This document shows positions 36,143 to 46,703 of a stretch of 64,000 bases of DNA, one piece after another. The number at the start of each line of letters is the position of its first letter. Position 1 is the stretch's first letter. The position numbers and the translations under genes were made by a program. Under the pieces are notes generated by a model, which saw nothing but the letters and a program-made list of their open reading frames with translations, made no database searches and was not told the DNA's origin. The stretch lies in contig DASRPN010000155.1 in NCBI GenBank assembly GCA_035646355.1, forward strand, positions 10,711 to 74,710, given 5' to 3'. This DNA comes from Pyrinomonadaceae bacterium (GTDB lineage Bacteria > Acidobacteriota > Blastocatellia > Pyrinomonadales > Pyrinomonadaceae).

Positions 36143-36243
36143 CCACAAAAGGCACAAGAAGCACAAAAGGCACAAGGGACAAAGGCATGTTCAGTGCCTT
36201 TTTTGACTTTTGTGCCTCTTGTGTTTCTTGTGCCTTTTTGCGG
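36143..36243. repeat. Word-repeat hairpin element L (GGCACAA type) with a terminator-like core
   Basis: CCACAAAAGGCACAAGAAGCACAAAAGGCACAAGGGACAAAGGCA-tgttcag-TGCCTTTTTTGACTTTTGTGCCTCTTGTGTTTCTTGTGCCTTTTTGCGG. The apical stem AAAGGCA/TGCCTTT is followed by a T-run. Confidence 0.85.
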
Positions 36244-36327
36244 CTATGCTTTGCGTTGGGAGTGACCATTGCTAATATGCGGGGTGCAACCCTAACCCGG
36301 ATCAACCCGTAATAAACGTCCAAGGCC

Positions 36328-37563
36328 GTGAAGTTTGTCGAAACGTTAAAACTGGCTCTCGCCGCGATCTGGGCGCATAAACTGCGCTCGGCGCTGACAC
36401 TGCTCGGAATGATTGTCGGCGTCACTGCTTTCGTCGTCGTCGTTTCGCTGATCGCCGGATTTAATCGCTACGTTGACGAAAAGATCGCCGGAATCGGCGC
36501 GAAGTCATTTACCGTTCAACGATTCAATCCCCTCGAAGACTTCAAAGACACTGACACAATCGCCGCGGCTGCGAGGCGCAACAAGGAGCTGACGCTCGAC
36601 GATTACGACTACCTGAGAGAACGCGCGTCGCTGATTGATAAGATCGGTGCCCGCGCACGAGTCACGCCATCGGAAGTGAAACGTGGCGATCAGGTGTTGG
36701 AAGACGTCTTTGTCTCCGGCGCCACTGCCAACTGCGTTGATATTGAGAACCGCGACGTCGCCGACGGACGCTTCATCGCCGAACCTGAAAACGACAACGG
36801 CGCGCGGGTCGCGTATCTGGGCGCGGACATCGCCGACAAGCTTTTTACCGGCAGCCCCATCGGACAAGAGATCTCCATTCGCGGCTTACCGTATCGAGTA
36901 ATCGGCGTCGAGGTCGCGAAAGGAACAGTCTTCGGCATTCCGCAGGACAACTTCATCATCATCCCTTTGAAGACTTATGCCGTTAACTACGGCGGACTCA
37001 TCCGGCAGCGTTCGCTCTACTTCATCGCCACTTCGAAATCAGATGAGCTATTCAACGACGCCGTCGAAGAATCACGTTACCTGATGCGCGCCCGGCGCAA
37101 ACTTGGTCCAAGTGAAAAAGACAACTTCGGCATCGTTACGCCCGACGCGATTACAGGACTGCGCGATCGACTTTTCGGGACGATCTTTATCGTGGCTATT
37201 GCCGTCCCCGGTATCGCGCTGGTCGTGGGCGCGATCGTGATCATGAACATCATGCTGGTTTCGGTGACGGAACGTACCAAGGAGATTGGGATCAGAAAAT
37301 CGCTTGGAGCGCGCCAGATGGACATCCTGAAGCAGTTCTTAGTTGAGGCAGCGACCCTCGCGCTTATGGGTGGAATTGTGGGGGTTTTTCTTGCGTGGGT
37401 TATCGGCTTTCTAGTCTCTGCGTTTCTTCTCCCGACGTACCTGTCGATTTTTGCGATTGCCGGCGCTTTGGCGGTCTCTGGCGGCGCTGGGGTTGCTTCC
37501 GGAATCTTCCCCGCCTGGAAAGCGGCGAGACTCGATCCAATTGAAGCGCTGAGGGCGGACTAA
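36328..37563 (+). CDS. MacB-type ABC permease (FtsX-like, 4 TM with large periplasmic domain), copy 1
   Basis: N-terminus LRSALTLLGMIVGV, large extracytoplasmic domain, C-terminal FtsX motif (MNIMLVSVTERTKEIGIRKSLGA). Confidence 0.88.
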   Translation: MKFVETLKLALAAIWAHKLRSALTLLGMIVGVTAFVVVVSLIAGFNRYVDEKIAGIGAKSFTVQRFNPLEDFKDTDTIAAAARRNKELTLDDYDYLRERASLIDKIGARARVTPSEVKRGDQVLEDVFVSGATANCVDIENRDVADGRFIAEPENDNGARVAYLGADIADKLFTGSPIGQEISIRGLPYRVIGVEVAKGTVFGIPQDNFIIIPLKTYAVNYGGLIRQRSLYFIATSKSDELFNDAVEESRYLMRARRKLGPSEKDNFGIVTPDAITGLRDRLFGTIFIVAIAVPGIALVVGAIVIMNIMLVSVTERTKEIGIRKSLGARQMDILKQFLVEAATLALMGGIVGVFLAWVIGFLVSAFLLPTYLSIFAIAGALAVSGGAGVASGIFPAWKAARLDPIEALRAD

Positions 37564-37567
37564 CAGA

Positions 37568-38824
37568 ATGCGAATCATCAGAAGCGACATTTATGAAAAT
37601 CTCAAGATGGCTCTCTCCACCTTGCGCGCCAACAAGCTGCGGTCGTTTCTGACTGTCTTCGGTGTCGTTATTGGCATCATTACCGTGATGTTGATCGCTT
37701 CGATCATCAGCGGCATCGACGTGTCGGTGAAGAATGAAGTGGAGTCGTTCGGCACGCGCTCCATTTTCGTCACTAAATTCGATCCTGGTATTCACATGGG
37801 CCGACGGTCGCGCGAAGAGCGCATGCGCAAAGAGCTGACGTACGACGACGCCATAGCACTCCAATCTCTGGATGCCATCGAGTTGTCAGTTCCCTTCCTC
37901 GATATCACGAACAATTGGTTTGGCGGCAGACTGATGGTGTCGGGCGGCGGCAAGACGTCGGCGCAAGTCGCACTTCAGGGAACATTGCCGGAGTTTGAAA
38001 AGGCCGGCACGCAGGTGATCTCCGAAGGCCGGTTTTTCACGCAAACAGAGAACGATACGAACCAGGAAGTTTGCGTGGTCGGCTCAAAAGTGTCTGACGA
38101 CTTTTTCAAACTCGGCTCGCCTGTTGGGCAAACCATCAAGATCGGTACGACGGAGTTCCGTGTCGTTGGCACGCTCGTGAAAAGGGAACAGTTTCTCATT
38201 AGCGGCGGTAGTGACGATCAAAACAACGTCATTTACGTGCCCTACTCAGTGGCCCAAAAACTAAAACCGAACGCGGACGACGTTTACATCCTCGCCGTCG
38301 CTAAGCCGGGTATGATGGACGAAGCGAAGGACCAGGTGCGCGACCTGCTGCGCGTCCGTCGCCAGGTTCCTTTTGCGGCCAACGACAACTTCGGTTTGCA
38401 GACCTCGGAAAGTATTCTCGATAACTTTCGGTCCATCACTGCGATGATGGCGATCGCGATGGTCGTGATCTCGTCGGTTGGTTTGATGGTGGGTGGGATC
38501 GGCGTGATGAACATCATGCTGGTGTCCGTCACGGAACGAACGCGCGAGATCGGCGTGCGTAAGGCAATCGGCGCCAAGCGCAGCGACATCATGTGGCAGT
38601 TTTTGATCGAGGCGGCAACGCTTACCGGGCTCGGTGGGATCGTTGGCCTATCGATCGGTTGGGGTTTGACGCTGCTACTGCGGTTACTGCTTCCGTCTTA
38701 CGTTCCACTCTGGGCGCCGATTGGCGGACTCATCGCGAGCGTTGGGATCGGACTGATCTTCGGTCTTTGGCCGGCATGGAAAGCCGCGCGTCTCGATCCC
38801 ATCGAATCGCTCAGGTACGAGTAG
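37568..38824 (+). CDS. MacB-type ABC permease, copy 2
   Basis: Same architecture as copy 1 (MNIMLVSVTERTREIGVRKAIGA; C-terminus WKAARLDPIESLRYE). Confidence 0.88.
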   Translation: MRIIRSDIYENLKMALSTLRANKLRSFLTVFGVVIGIITVMLIASIISGIDVSVKNEVESFGTRSIFVTKFDPGIHMGRRSREERMRKELTYDDAIALQSLDAIELSVPFLDITNNWFGGRLMVSGGGKTSAQVALQGTLPEFEKAGTQVISEGRFFTQTENDTNQEVCVVGSKVSDDFFKLGSPVGQTIKIGTTEFRVVGTLVKREQFLISGGSDDQNNVIYVPYSVAQKLKPNADDVYILAVAKPGMMDEAKDQVRDLLRVRRQVPFAANDNFGLQTSESILDNFRSITAMMAIAMVVISSVGLMVGGIGVMNIMLVSVTERTREIGVRKAIGAKRSDIMWQFLIEAATLTGLGGIVGLSIGWGLTLLLRLLLPSYVPLWAPIGGLIASVGIGLIFGLWPAWKAARLDPIESLRYE

Positions 38825-38831
38825 AGCGGAC

Positions 38832-39851
38832 TTATGCAAAAATGCCCGGCATCAAGACCGCAAAAGTAAGGCCTAAGAAAAGTCCTATTAACAATAGACT
38901 GATAGAGACACCCCATCCTGCGCCACTACTTGCACGCGTAGCTCCGAGGTGCATTCCCTTCGCACGCAACCAAATTCCGTAGAACGACGTGATTCCGATA
39001 ACGCTGAGGAGTACGAACAGGACCGGTTGATCCGCCGGCGTAACAAGAATACCCAGATTATCCTGAAGCGTGGTGTCCCGGTTGAGATTCACATGCAAAT
39101 CCTCGGGTGCTTTTAAGTACAGGATGATAAGCCCAAGCACTTTCTGAATTACTACAATAGGCACAGCGCCGTAGGTGGTCACCGCCAACGCCTGCCAGAA
39201 ATTCATTCGCCCGCCAAATGCCAACATGCCGAGCAAACTCAGGCCCGCAACCGCTGCGATGAAGAGGAAAGTCGCGGGCACAGCGTTGAGCGCTGCCCCG
39301 ACACGTGTGACGGGGTGCTTCATCGCTTCCAACTGACGCGTCAACTGTTCCTCACGTCTCTCCGGCGTTCCCGCCAAATTTCCCATACTCTCCGTCTGCT
39401 GCCTCGCCTGCTCGACAATTCGTTCCGGAGTGATACGTTGCACGAATGCGTACGAATAAGTCGCTGAGAGCAGGCCCATCAAGATGAACGCTCCGACCCA
39501 CAGCGGGTGTTCGCGCAGGTTGCGGAACACTCGACTCGGCTCGAAAAAAATACCGGTTACTTTTTGCAGGAACGAAAGTGGTTCCTCTTTCTGGGGAACC
39601 GCAGGCAGCGGAATGAAGCTCAGACCGAAGATGAGCAAACCGACAAAACAGAACGCGATCGCGGTGAACCACGCATCCGGACTCAACTTCGTTAAAGAGC
39701 CAACCAGGAACAGCAACCCCAATACGAAAAAGCCTATCGCAAAGGGCCACAAGTAAGTGGGCCGAGGAGCTTTTGGTTCGGTTGGTGGCGTTGGAGGTGG
39801 CGGCGGTGGCGGCGGGAAAACTGGTTCGGTCAGAGCACTCATCAGTGTCAT
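38832..39851 (-). CDS. Membrane protein with poly-Pro N-terminus, possibly Yip1-family
   Basis: 339 aa. PPPPPPPPTPPTEP near the N-terminus and about 6 TM segments. The Yip1 assignment is only a pattern impression. Confidence 0.45.
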   Translation of the reverse strand: MTLMSALTEPVFPPPPPPPPTPPTEPKAPRPTYLWPFAIGFFVLGLLFLVGSLTKLSPDAWFTAIAFCFVGLLIFGLSFIPLPAVPQKEEPLSFLQKVTGIFFEPSRVFRNLREHPLWVGAFILMGLLSATYSYAFVQRITPERIVEQARQQTESMGNLAGTPERREEQLTRQLEAMKHPVTRVGAALNAVPATFLFIAAVAGLSLLGMLAFGGRMNFWQALAVTTYGAVPIVVIQKVLGLIILYLKAPEDLHVNLNRDTTLQDNLGILVTPADQPVLFVLLSVIGITSFYGIWLRAKGMHLGATRASSGAGWGVSISLLLIGLFLGLTFAVLMPGIFA

Positions 39852-39916
39852 CCGTGCTTCTTTAAATTTTGTTCAAAAAGTCGCTTGTTTGATACGGCGT
39901 TACGAAGGTCAAAGTT

Positions 39917-40915
39917 TCACTCAACGGCCTTCGCTTCGGGCCAACCCGGTACGCGAATGCACGCCACCGAGTGGCCCGGCTCCACTTCACGCAGCTCCGG
40001 ATCGACGTGCGCACACTCTTCGATCGTGATCGGGCAGCGTGTGCGAAAGCGGCAGCCTGACGGTGGGTTGATCGGCGTCGGCACGTCTCCCTGAAGGATA
40101 ATTCGATTCCGCTTCTGACGCGGATCCGGAATCGGAATCGCCGACAACAACGCCTGCGTGTACGGATGAAGCGGCTGCGCGTAAAGATCGGCAGCCGGTG
40201 CGATTTCGACGATCCGGCCGAGGTACATCACTGCGACGCGCGTCGAGATGTGTTCGACGACGGCGAGTCCGTGTGAGATGAAGAGGTAAGTCAACCTGAA
40301 TTCCTGCTGAAGTTCCTGTAACAGGTTGACGACCTGCGCTTGCACGGACACGTCGAGGGCCGAGACTGGTTCGTCGGCGACGATCAGTTTCGGATTCAGC
40401 GCGAGGGTCCGTGCGACGCCGATGCGCTGACGTTGACCGCCGGAGAACTCGTGCGCGTAACGATTCATGTAATCAGGATCCAGACCCACACGTCGCAGCA
40501 GCTGGGCCACCCGGTCGCGTCGATCGTTCTTCGATCCCTCGTTATGAATCACGAGCGGTTCCCCGACTATGTCGCCGATCTTCATGCGCGGATTTAGTGA
40601 GGCGTACGGATCCTGAAAGATGATCTGCATTTCGCGCCGCATTTGTCGCAATTCTTTTTTATCGAGCGCGAGTATGTCGCGACCCTGAAAGTTGACGCGA
40701 CCGGAGGTCGGTTCGATTAAGCGAAGGAGACATCGGCCCACGGTCGACTTGCCACAACCCGATTCGCCGACCAAACCGAGCGTTTCACCGGTGAAGATCT
40801 GAAACGTCACACCGTCGACCGCGCGCACGACGTCGTCCGATCCTTCGACCGGAAAATGTTTGACGAGGTCACGCACGCTCACGAGCGTGTCGGTTTGCAC
40901 GGATGTAGCAATCAT
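39917..40915 (-). CDS. Oligopeptide/dipeptide-type ABC ATP-binding protein (OppF/DppF-like)
   Basis: ORF 39917..41071. Start moved to the in-frame ATG ([11 protein letters not shown]...), which overlaps the upstream stop as ATGA. Walker [10 protein letters not shown], signature FSGGQRQR, C-terminal Cys-containing Opp extension. Confidence 0.88.
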   Translation of the reverse strand: MIATSVQTDTLVSVRDLVKHFPVEGSDDVVRAVDGVTFQIFTGETLGLVGESGCGKSTVGRCLLRLIEPTSGRVNFQGRDILALDKKELRQMRREMQIIFQDPYASLNPRMKIGDIVGEPLVIHNEGSKNDRRDRVAQLLRRVGLDPDYMNRYAHEFSGGQRQRIGVARTLALNPKLIVADEPVSALDVSVQAQVVNLLQELQQEFRLTYLFISHGLAVVEHISTRVAVMYLGRIVEIAPAADLYAQPLHPYTQALLSAIPIPDPRQKRNRIILQGDVPTPINPPSGCRFRTRCPITIEECAHVDPELREVEPGHSVACIRVPGWPEAKAVE

Positions 40916-41940
40916 TTTCTCAACTGGTCGGCATCGTGATCGGCTGCGACCGCGGCTGCCAGATCGTAAAGAACGCACCGCACTTTGACGCCACCATCGA
41001 GTTCGTAGAGCGGAATGTCCTCTTCTGTACAGCGTGGCATGCGGTGCGGGCAGCGCGGCGCGAAGTGACAACCCGGCGGTAGATCCGTCGGACGCGGCAC
41101 GACACCTTCAATCGTCTCCAATCGTTCTTTTCTGAGAACGTGTTCGCTCGTCAGTTTCGGTACGGAGCGCAGCAGGCCTTCCGTGTACGGATGCTTGGGC
41201 CGAGCGAATAATTCTTCAACCGGCGATTCTTCGACGATTCGTCCGGTGTACATCACTGCCACGCGATCGGCGACTTCGGCTACGACGCCGAGATCGTGTG
41301 TGATCAAAAGCACCGCCAACTCGCGTTGCATTCTTAGTTCGTTCAGCAGCTCGAGAATCTGCGCCTGGATCGTGACATCGAGCGCCGTCGTTGGTTCGTC
41401 TGCGATAAGTAGTTTTGGATTACACGCGAGCGCCATCGCGATCATTACGCGCTGACGCATGCCGCCGGAAAGTTGATGTGGATAGTCGTCGACGCGTCGT
41501 GCCGGATCGGGAATCGCCACTTCGCGCATCGCTTCAATCGTCGCGCGGCGCGCTTCTTTGCGCGGCAACTTACGATGCAAGCGAAGGGCTTCGGCAATCT
41601 GTTCTCCGACAGTGAACACCGGATTGAGCGATGTCATCGGATCCTGGAAGATCATGGCGATGTCGTCGCCACGCATCTGTCGCATCTCGGTGTCGGAAAG
41701 TCTGAGTAGATCCTTGCCTTCGAAGAGTATTTCGCCATTGACGATCTTTCCCGGAGGCGCGATGAGACGCATGACCGACAGCGCGGTGATCGACTTACCA
41801 CAACCGGATTCACCAACAAGCCCCAGCAACTCGCCGCGATCGAGATGAAAGTTCACCCCATCAACCGCGCGCACGAGTCCACTGCGAGTCGGAAAATGCG
41901 TTTGTAAATCTTTAACTTCGAGAAGGTGCGACGTGGGCAT
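40912..41940 (-). CDS. Oligopeptide/dipeptide-type ABC ATP-binding protein (OppD/DppD-like)
   Basis: ORF 40912..41976. Likely ATG 41940 ([12 protein letters not shown]...). Walker A GESGCGKS, signature LSGGMRQR, C-terminal [17 protein letters not shown]. Confidence 0.88.
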   Translation of the reverse strand: MPTSHLLEVKDLQTHFPTRSGLVRAVDGVNFHLDRGELLGLVGESGCGKSITALSVMRLIAPPGKIVNGEILFEGKDLLRLSDTEMRQMRGDDIAMIFQDPMTSLNPVFTVGEQIAEALRLHRKLPRKEARRATIEAMREVAIPDPARRVDDYPHQLSGGMRQRVMIAMALACNPKLLIADEPTTALDVTIQAQILELLNELRMQRELAVLLITHDLGVVAEVADRVAVMYTGRIVEESPVEELFARPKHPYTEGLLRSVPKLTSEHVLRKERLETIEGVVPRPTDLPPGCHFAPRCPHRMPRCTEEDIPLYELDGGVKVRCVLYDLAAAVAADHDADQLRK

Positions 41941-42824
41941 TAGTAGAGATTGAAATTGTACTCGAGTTGCAGCCACATGGAGACGTATTTGCCATTTTTG
42001 ACAGCGGGAACGAACTTGATCATCCTCGAAGCCGCGACGGCCTGTTCCGTTAGGCCGTGCGGAAGCATTTCAACCACACGAATGTTGCCGACGCTTCCGT
42101 TGCACGAGAAGACAACCTTCAAAATAACGGTGCCCACTACCTGTTTCTGGCGGGCAGACTCCGTGTACCTGGGTTCGGGTTTCATGACGACCCGGACCTT
42201 GCGGTCCACCTCTCTTCCTCCTCCCGCAATCGCGTCGCAGCTCGGGGTTGAGAAAGGCACTCCTTCACCGTCGCTAATCTTGATACCTTCGACCTTCTTC
42301 CCGAACACGATTGAGGAAAAGAACTGCTTCGTCCCCTCATCTTCAACATCGTTGCCGACAACGCTGAATTCATAGAGGCGTCCTTCCATAGCAAAAAACT
42401 GGGCCGTCTCATTCACAGGCTTACCGCGCGACGTCAACTGCTCACCTTTGATCTCGCCGACGGTTACACCAGTTTCTGATGAACCATCCCAGCGACCGTG
42501 TCTGTTCCGTTCGCGCATAAAATCTGCCAGCGACTGGTTGCGAACGTTCTCGTAAACGTAAACGGTATATACGGCGCCGTCAGCATACGCGCCGATGTTT
42601 CGTTGACGCTGAGTTCTGCGAATGTCCCAGATTAACGTTTTCAACGTCGTCATTGCTGGAACAGTCGGCAGGGTTACGGAAAACCGCTCACCATCGACCG
42701 TGTATCTCTTCCACCCGCTAAGTTCGGCCTGCCTTTGCGCAGCCGGAGACGCGGTTTGCGGTTGGGCCATCGCGGCCGTCGCCGCTAACACGACGCATGC
42801 GAGTAAGGACAGTTGCTTCTTCAT
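41940..42824 (-). CDS. Secreted protein with a C-terminal TonB_C-like domain
   Basis: Signal peptide [21 protein letters not shown]. The C-terminal ~80 aa ([63 protein letters not shown]) match the TonB C-terminal pattern. Its stop overlaps the oppD-like start (TAATG). Confidence 0.7.
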   Translation of the reverse strand: MKKQLSLLACVVLAATAAMAQPQTASPAAQRQAELSGWKRYTVDGERFSVTLPTVPAMTTLKTLIWDIRRTQRQRNIGAYADGAVYTVYVYENVRNQSLADFMRERNRHGRWDGSSETGVTVGEIKGEQLTSRGKPVNETAQFFAMEGRLYEFSVVGNDVEDEGTKQFFSSIVFGKKVEGIKISDGEGVPFSTPSCDAIAGGGREVDRKVRVVMKPEPRYTESARQKQVVGTVILKVVFSCNGSVGNIRVVEMLPHGLTEQAVAASRMIKFVPAVKNGKYVSMWLQLEYNFNLY

Positions 42825-42860
42825 GGTGAGATCTCCTCGAGAGGTGAGATACGTTCAACA

Positions 42861-43799
42861 TCAAAGCCCTAATTTATCCATTCGCTTGTTCTCGTACACT
42901 GAGTCTTCCGCCGGGTAGCGTAGCGACTTCGCGATCGTGCCGTTCTCTTTTGCAATCGACCAGATGATGCTTTCGCCGGCCGGGACGACCTTGGGTTGGG
43001 CCAGGAAAACTGAATCGGTAAATGCGTCTTCGGCGTCGATCGGTTGCCAGCCTTTTCCTTTTAACATTTGGATGACATCGTTCAGGAACAGACCGTTGAG
43101 CAGATTGAAATGCGTCAGAATCGTGTGCTTGACGGGACGACCGGCGACGCGCTGCGCCAATGAGTCGTAGTACTCGGCGCGCGCCCACATGTGTTCGAGA
43201 TAGAAGTCGCGATACGGTTTCAGGTCGGCGTTTGGGTCTTTCTTCAATCGCGCAGTCAATCGTTGGTCGATGGCCCAATCGGAATTGTCGATGGTCACGT
43301 GCCCGTTGCGATAACCGTTCTGCGACATGAAATTTCGCATACCGTCGCGTTTCGCAGGTGTGTCGCCTTCTTTCAGCATCGGGAAGCGCAAGTACTTGCG
43401 AAAGCGTGGAAACTCTTTCAGCAATCCTTCGGCGCGCAGAATGTCTTCCTGGTAGGCATTCAGCTCGGACTCAGGCGCGTTGAAGTTTCGATGTGAATAG
43501 GTGTGGTTGCCGATGAGGTGGCCCGCCTTGTCCCACGCGGCAACGAGATCCTTTCCCTCCTGGGGTTCGATGTTGCGACCGATGACAAATGCGGCGGCCT
43601 TGATCGAATGTTTGTTCAGCGTGTCGAGAATCGACTGGTTACGTTCCTGCGCAGTTTGCTTTACGGCGTTGCGCCAGTGGTAGTCGTCCATCGTGATGGA
43701 AAACTGCGTGGCAGGTTTTGCGGCCAGCGCGGGTACGCCGCCCACGCCGATCGCGAGAGTGCTCAACGTAAACGTTTTGGTAAATGTTCTTCGGTTCAT
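42861..43799 (-). CDS. Polysaccharide deacetylase (NodB homology / CE4) family protein
   Basis: ORF 42861..43856. The N-terminal 19 codons read into repeat M, so the likely start is ATG 43799 (MNRRTFTKTFTLSTLAIG...). FSITMDD and GNHTYSH motifs. Confidence 0.75.
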   Translation of the reverse strand: MNRRTFTKTFTLSTLAIGVGGVPALAAKPATQFSITMDDYHWRNAVKQTAQERNQSILDTLNKHSIKAAAFVIGRNIEPQEGKDLVAAWDKAGHLIGNHTYSHRNFNAPESELNAYQEDILRAEGLLKEFPRFRKYLRFPMLKEGDTPAKRDGMRNFMSQNGYRNGHVTIDNSDWAIDQRLTARLKKDPNADLKPYRDFYLEHMWARAEYYDSLAQRVAGRPVKHTILTHFNLLNGLFLNDVIQMLKGKGWQPIDAEDAFTDSVFLAQPKVVPAGESIIWSIAKENGTIAKSLRYPAEDSVYENKRMDKLGL

Positions 43800-43818
43800 T
43801 TGCTTCTCAAGAATGGTT

Positions 43819-43902
43819 CCCGCAAAGGCGCAAAGCCGCAAAGCCGCAAAGGACAACCTGAATTCTTATCTTGGCGCCTTTGCGCCTTTGCGCCCTTGCG
43901 GG
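43819..43902. repeat. Word-repeat hairpin element M (CGCAAAG type)
   Basis: CCCGCAAAGGCGCAAAGCCGCAAAGCCGCAAAGG ... GGCGCCTTTGCGCCTTTGCGCCCTTGCGGG. Lies between the mutase stop (43906) and the deacetylase start. Confidence 0.85.
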
Positions 43903-43905
43903 AAA

Positions 43906-45474
43906 CTACACAGTTGATGTTTCTCGATACTCGCCCCAAACTCGTCGCAGCGTGTTGCTGATCTCGCCGACTGTCGCGTACGACTCAACACACGCAAGAA
44001 TTCGCGGCATCAGGTTTTCTGTCGTCGCTGCTGCTCGTTCAAGTTCTCGCAGCGCGTCTTCAAATGCCTTTTCATCGCGTCGTGCACGTAATGTTCTCAC
44101 GCGCTCGACTTGCGCTTGTTCCAAAGCCGGGTCGATCCGCAATAGTTGCGTTGGCGGCTCTGACTCGAGTTGAAAGCGATTTACGCCGACGACGATCTCA
44201 TCCTGCGACTCGATCGCCCGTTGATAGCGATACGCCGACTCCTGGATCTCACGCTGAACGTATCCAGTTTCGATCGCGCGCAACATTCCACCCATGCCGT
44301 CGATCTTGTTCAAATACTCTTCGGCCCGGTGCTCCACCTGATTTGTCAACTCTTCGATCGCATACGAACCAGCCAACGGATCGACCGTATCGGCAACGCC
44401 AGACTCATGCGCAATCACCTGCTGCGTGCGCAACGCAACTCGCGCGGCGTCTTCAGTTGGCAACGCCAGCGCCTCGTCCATGGAATTGGTGTGCAACGAT
44501 TGAGTGCCGCCAAGTACGGCAGCCAGCGCTTGTATCGTAGTCCGTACGACGTTCACCTCCGGTTGTTGCGCCGTTAACGACGAACCCGCCGTCTGCGTGT
44601 GAAACCGTAGCATCAACGAACGTGGATCGCGCGCGTTGAAACGATCGCGCATGATGCGCGCCCAGAGTCGCCGCGCGGCACGAAACTTTGCGATCTCTTC
44701 GAGGAGATTGTTGTGCGCGTTGAAGAAGAACGAAATGCGCGGCGCGAATTCGTCAACTGCGAGACCTGCGGTGAGCGCGGCTTCAACATACGTGATGCCG
44801 TCGGCCAGCGTAAACGCGACTTCCTGCACCGCCGTCGATCCCGCTTCACGAATGTGATATCCGCTGATCGAGATCGTGTTCCAGTGCGGCACTTCGCGAG
44901 CGCAATACGCAAAGATGTCAGTGACGAGACGCAACGAAGGCGCGGGCGGATAGATGTAAGTGCCGCGCGCGATGTATTCCTTCAGGATGTCGTTTTGCAG
45001 CGTACCTCGGAGTTTGTCGAACGAAACGTTCTGCTTGCGCGCAACCGCGAGATACAGTGAGAGCAGTATCGCCGCTGTCGCGTTAATCGTCATCGAGGTC
45101 GAGACTTCGTTCAGTGGAATGTCTGCAAACAACCGCTCCATGTCGTCGAGTGAATCGATCGCGACGCCGACTTTTCCCACTTCACCCATCGCCAGCGGAT
45201 CGTCGGAGTCCAGGCCTATCTGCGTCGGCAAATCGAAGGCGACGGAAAGGCCGGTTGTGCCGTGGGCCAGGAGGTATTTGTAGCGCGCGTTCGATTCTTC
45301 AGCCGTGGCGTAACCGGCATACTGCCGCATGGTCCAAAGCCGGCCGCGATACATCGTCGGATAGATCCCGCGCGTGTACGGGAACTCGCCCGGATCTCCT
45401 AAATCCGCCTTGTAATCTATGGGATCCGTGTTACCGGGGTTGAAGACGCTCGGAAGTTCTATACCTGCTGCCAT
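43906..45474 (-). CDS. Methylmalonyl-CoA mutase family catalytic (TIM-barrel) subunit, without a B12-binding domain
   Basis: 522 aa. [35 protein letters not shown] and [18 protein letters not shown] are hallmark MCM/ICM large-subunit motifs. No C-terminal DxHxxG domain. Confidence 0.85.
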   Translation of the reverse strand: MAAGIELPSVFNPGNTDPIDYKADLGDPGEFPYTRGIYPTMYRGRLWTMRQYAGYATAEESNARYKYLLAHGTTGLSVAFDLPTQIGLDSDDPLAMGEVGKVGVAIDSLDDMERLFADIPLNEVSTSMTINATAAILLSLYLAVARKQNVSFDKLRGTLQNDILKEYIARGTYIYPPAPSLRLVTDIFAYCAREVPHWNTISISGYHIREAGSTAVQEVAFTLADGITYVEAALTAGLAVDEFAPRISFFFNAHNNLLEEIAKFRAARRLWARIMRDRFNARDPRSLMLRFHTQTAGSSLTAQQPEVNVVRTTIQALAAVLGGTQSLHTNSMDEALALPTEDAARVALRTQQVIAHESGVADTVDPLAGSYAIEELTNQVEHRAEEYLNKIDGMGGMLRAIETGYVQREIQESAYRYQRAIESQDEIVVGVNRFQLESEPPTQLLRIDPALEQAQVERVRTLRARRDEKAFEDALRELERAAATTENLMPRILACVESYATVGEISNTLRRVWGEYRETSTV

Positions 45475-45500
45475 TGCTGGAGCGTAGCATAACGCAATTT

Positions 45501-45525
45501 GACACGATTACACGATTGACACGAG
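45501..45525. repeat. Short direct word repeat N (ACACGATT x3)
   Basis: GACACGATTACACGATTGACACGAG in the divergent region upstream of rlmI. No inverted partner seen. Confidence 0.5.
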
Positions 45526-45535
45526 AGTATTCGGC

Positions 45536-46702
45536 ATGAAAACGGTCCGGGTTAACAAGAAGGGCGCCGACCGCGTGCGTCATGGCCACCTCTGGATCTA
45601 TCGCAGCGACGTGATCGAGGTCGACGCAGAAGGCGGTTCGGTTGTGTCGGTCAGCGATGAGCGCGGAAACTTTATCGGACAGGCTTTATTCAGCGACGCG
45701 TCGCAAATAGCGCTGCGCTTCCTGACGCAGGGAACAGAAGAAATAGATCGCGATTGGTGGCGCCGGAAGATCACGGAGGCGGCCGCACGGCGCCATATCG
45801 CGGCGGATACCAACGCGTATCGCGTTGTCTATTCCGAAGGCGATCTGCTGCCGTCGTTGATCGTCGATCGCTACGCCGACGTTCTTGTTTTGCAAACACT
45901 CTCGCAGGGCACTGACGCGGTGAAGTCGATGCTCGTCGAGATACTGGTCGAAGAGTTCAACCCGCGCGCGATCATCGAGCGAAACGATGCGCGTGTTCGC
46001 GAACTCGAAGGACTGCCGTTGAGCAGCGGCACGATCTACGGCGAAGCGCCTAACGAACTGGAAACACTACAACACGGCCTACGCTTCCTCGTCGCTCCTT
46101 CGGGCGGTCAAAAGACTGGATCGTTTCTGGACCAGCGCGACAATCGCGTCGCAGCTCGTGACGCGGCACAAACAACAAACCGCGGCCGCGCACTTGACTG
46201 TTTCACGTTCAACGGGGCGTTCGCGCTTCATCTCGCCGGAGTCTGCGAACACGTGACCGGCATCGACATCTCAGGCGAGGCAGTCGCAGCGGCGCAACGC
46301 AACGCAGAACTGAATCAGTTGACGAACGTCGAGTTTCGCGAAGCAAACGTCTTCGACGCGTTGCGTGAGATGGAAGCGACTCGCGAACGTTTCGACGCGA
46401 TCGTGCTCGACCCACCGGCGTTCGCGAAGAATCGAGCGAGTTTGAAGTCAGCTTTACGGGGTTATAAAGAGATCAATCTGAGAGCGCTGAAGTTGCTGAA
46501 TCGCGGCGGCGTGCTCGTTACCTGCACCTGCTCATATCACGTTTCCGAGGAGTTGTTTGTCGACGTCCTAATGCAGACAGCGATTGATGCACACCGTCGC
46601 CTGCAAATCGTTGAGAAACGAATGCAGGCGACGGACCACCCGGTCTTGATCACGATGCCTGAGACTTATTATCTCAAGTGCGTGATCGCGCGCGTCATTT
46701 AG
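45536..46702 (+). CDS. rlmI: Class I SAM-dependent rRNA (cytosine-C5) methyltransferase, RlmI-like (PUA plus MTase)
   Basis: N-terminus GHLWIYRSDV (PUA-like). LDCFTFNGAFALH SAM motif, DPPAFAK, and a C-terminus typical of RlmI/RlmK-like enzymes. Confidence 0.75.
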   Translation: MKTVRVNKKGADRVRHGHLWIYRSDVIEVDAEGGSVVSVSDERGNFIGQALFSDASQIALRFLTQGTEEIDRDWWRRKITEAAARRHIAADTNAYRVVYSEGDLLPSLIVDRYADVLVLQTLSQGTDAVKSMLVEILVEEFNPRAIIERNDARVRELEGLPLSSGTIYGEAPNELETLQHGLRFLVAPSGGQKTGSFLDQRDNRVAARDAAQTTNRGRALDCFTFNGAFALHLAGVCEHVTGIDISGEAVAAAQRNAELNQLTNVEFREANVFDALREMEATRERFDAIVLDPPAFAKNRASLKSALRGYKEINLRALKLLNRGGVLVTCTCSYHVSEELFVDVLMQTAIDAHRRLQIVEKRMQATDHPVLITMPETYYLKCVIARVI

Positions 46703-46703
46703 A

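Noticed and set aside
43906-45474. The methylmalonyl-CoA mutase gene lacking a B12-binding domain, read as a truncated pseudogene.
   Set aside because: The ORF is intact, with canonical N- and C-terminal boundaries of split-type large subunits. Separate small B12-binding subunits are common and may be encoded elsewhere.
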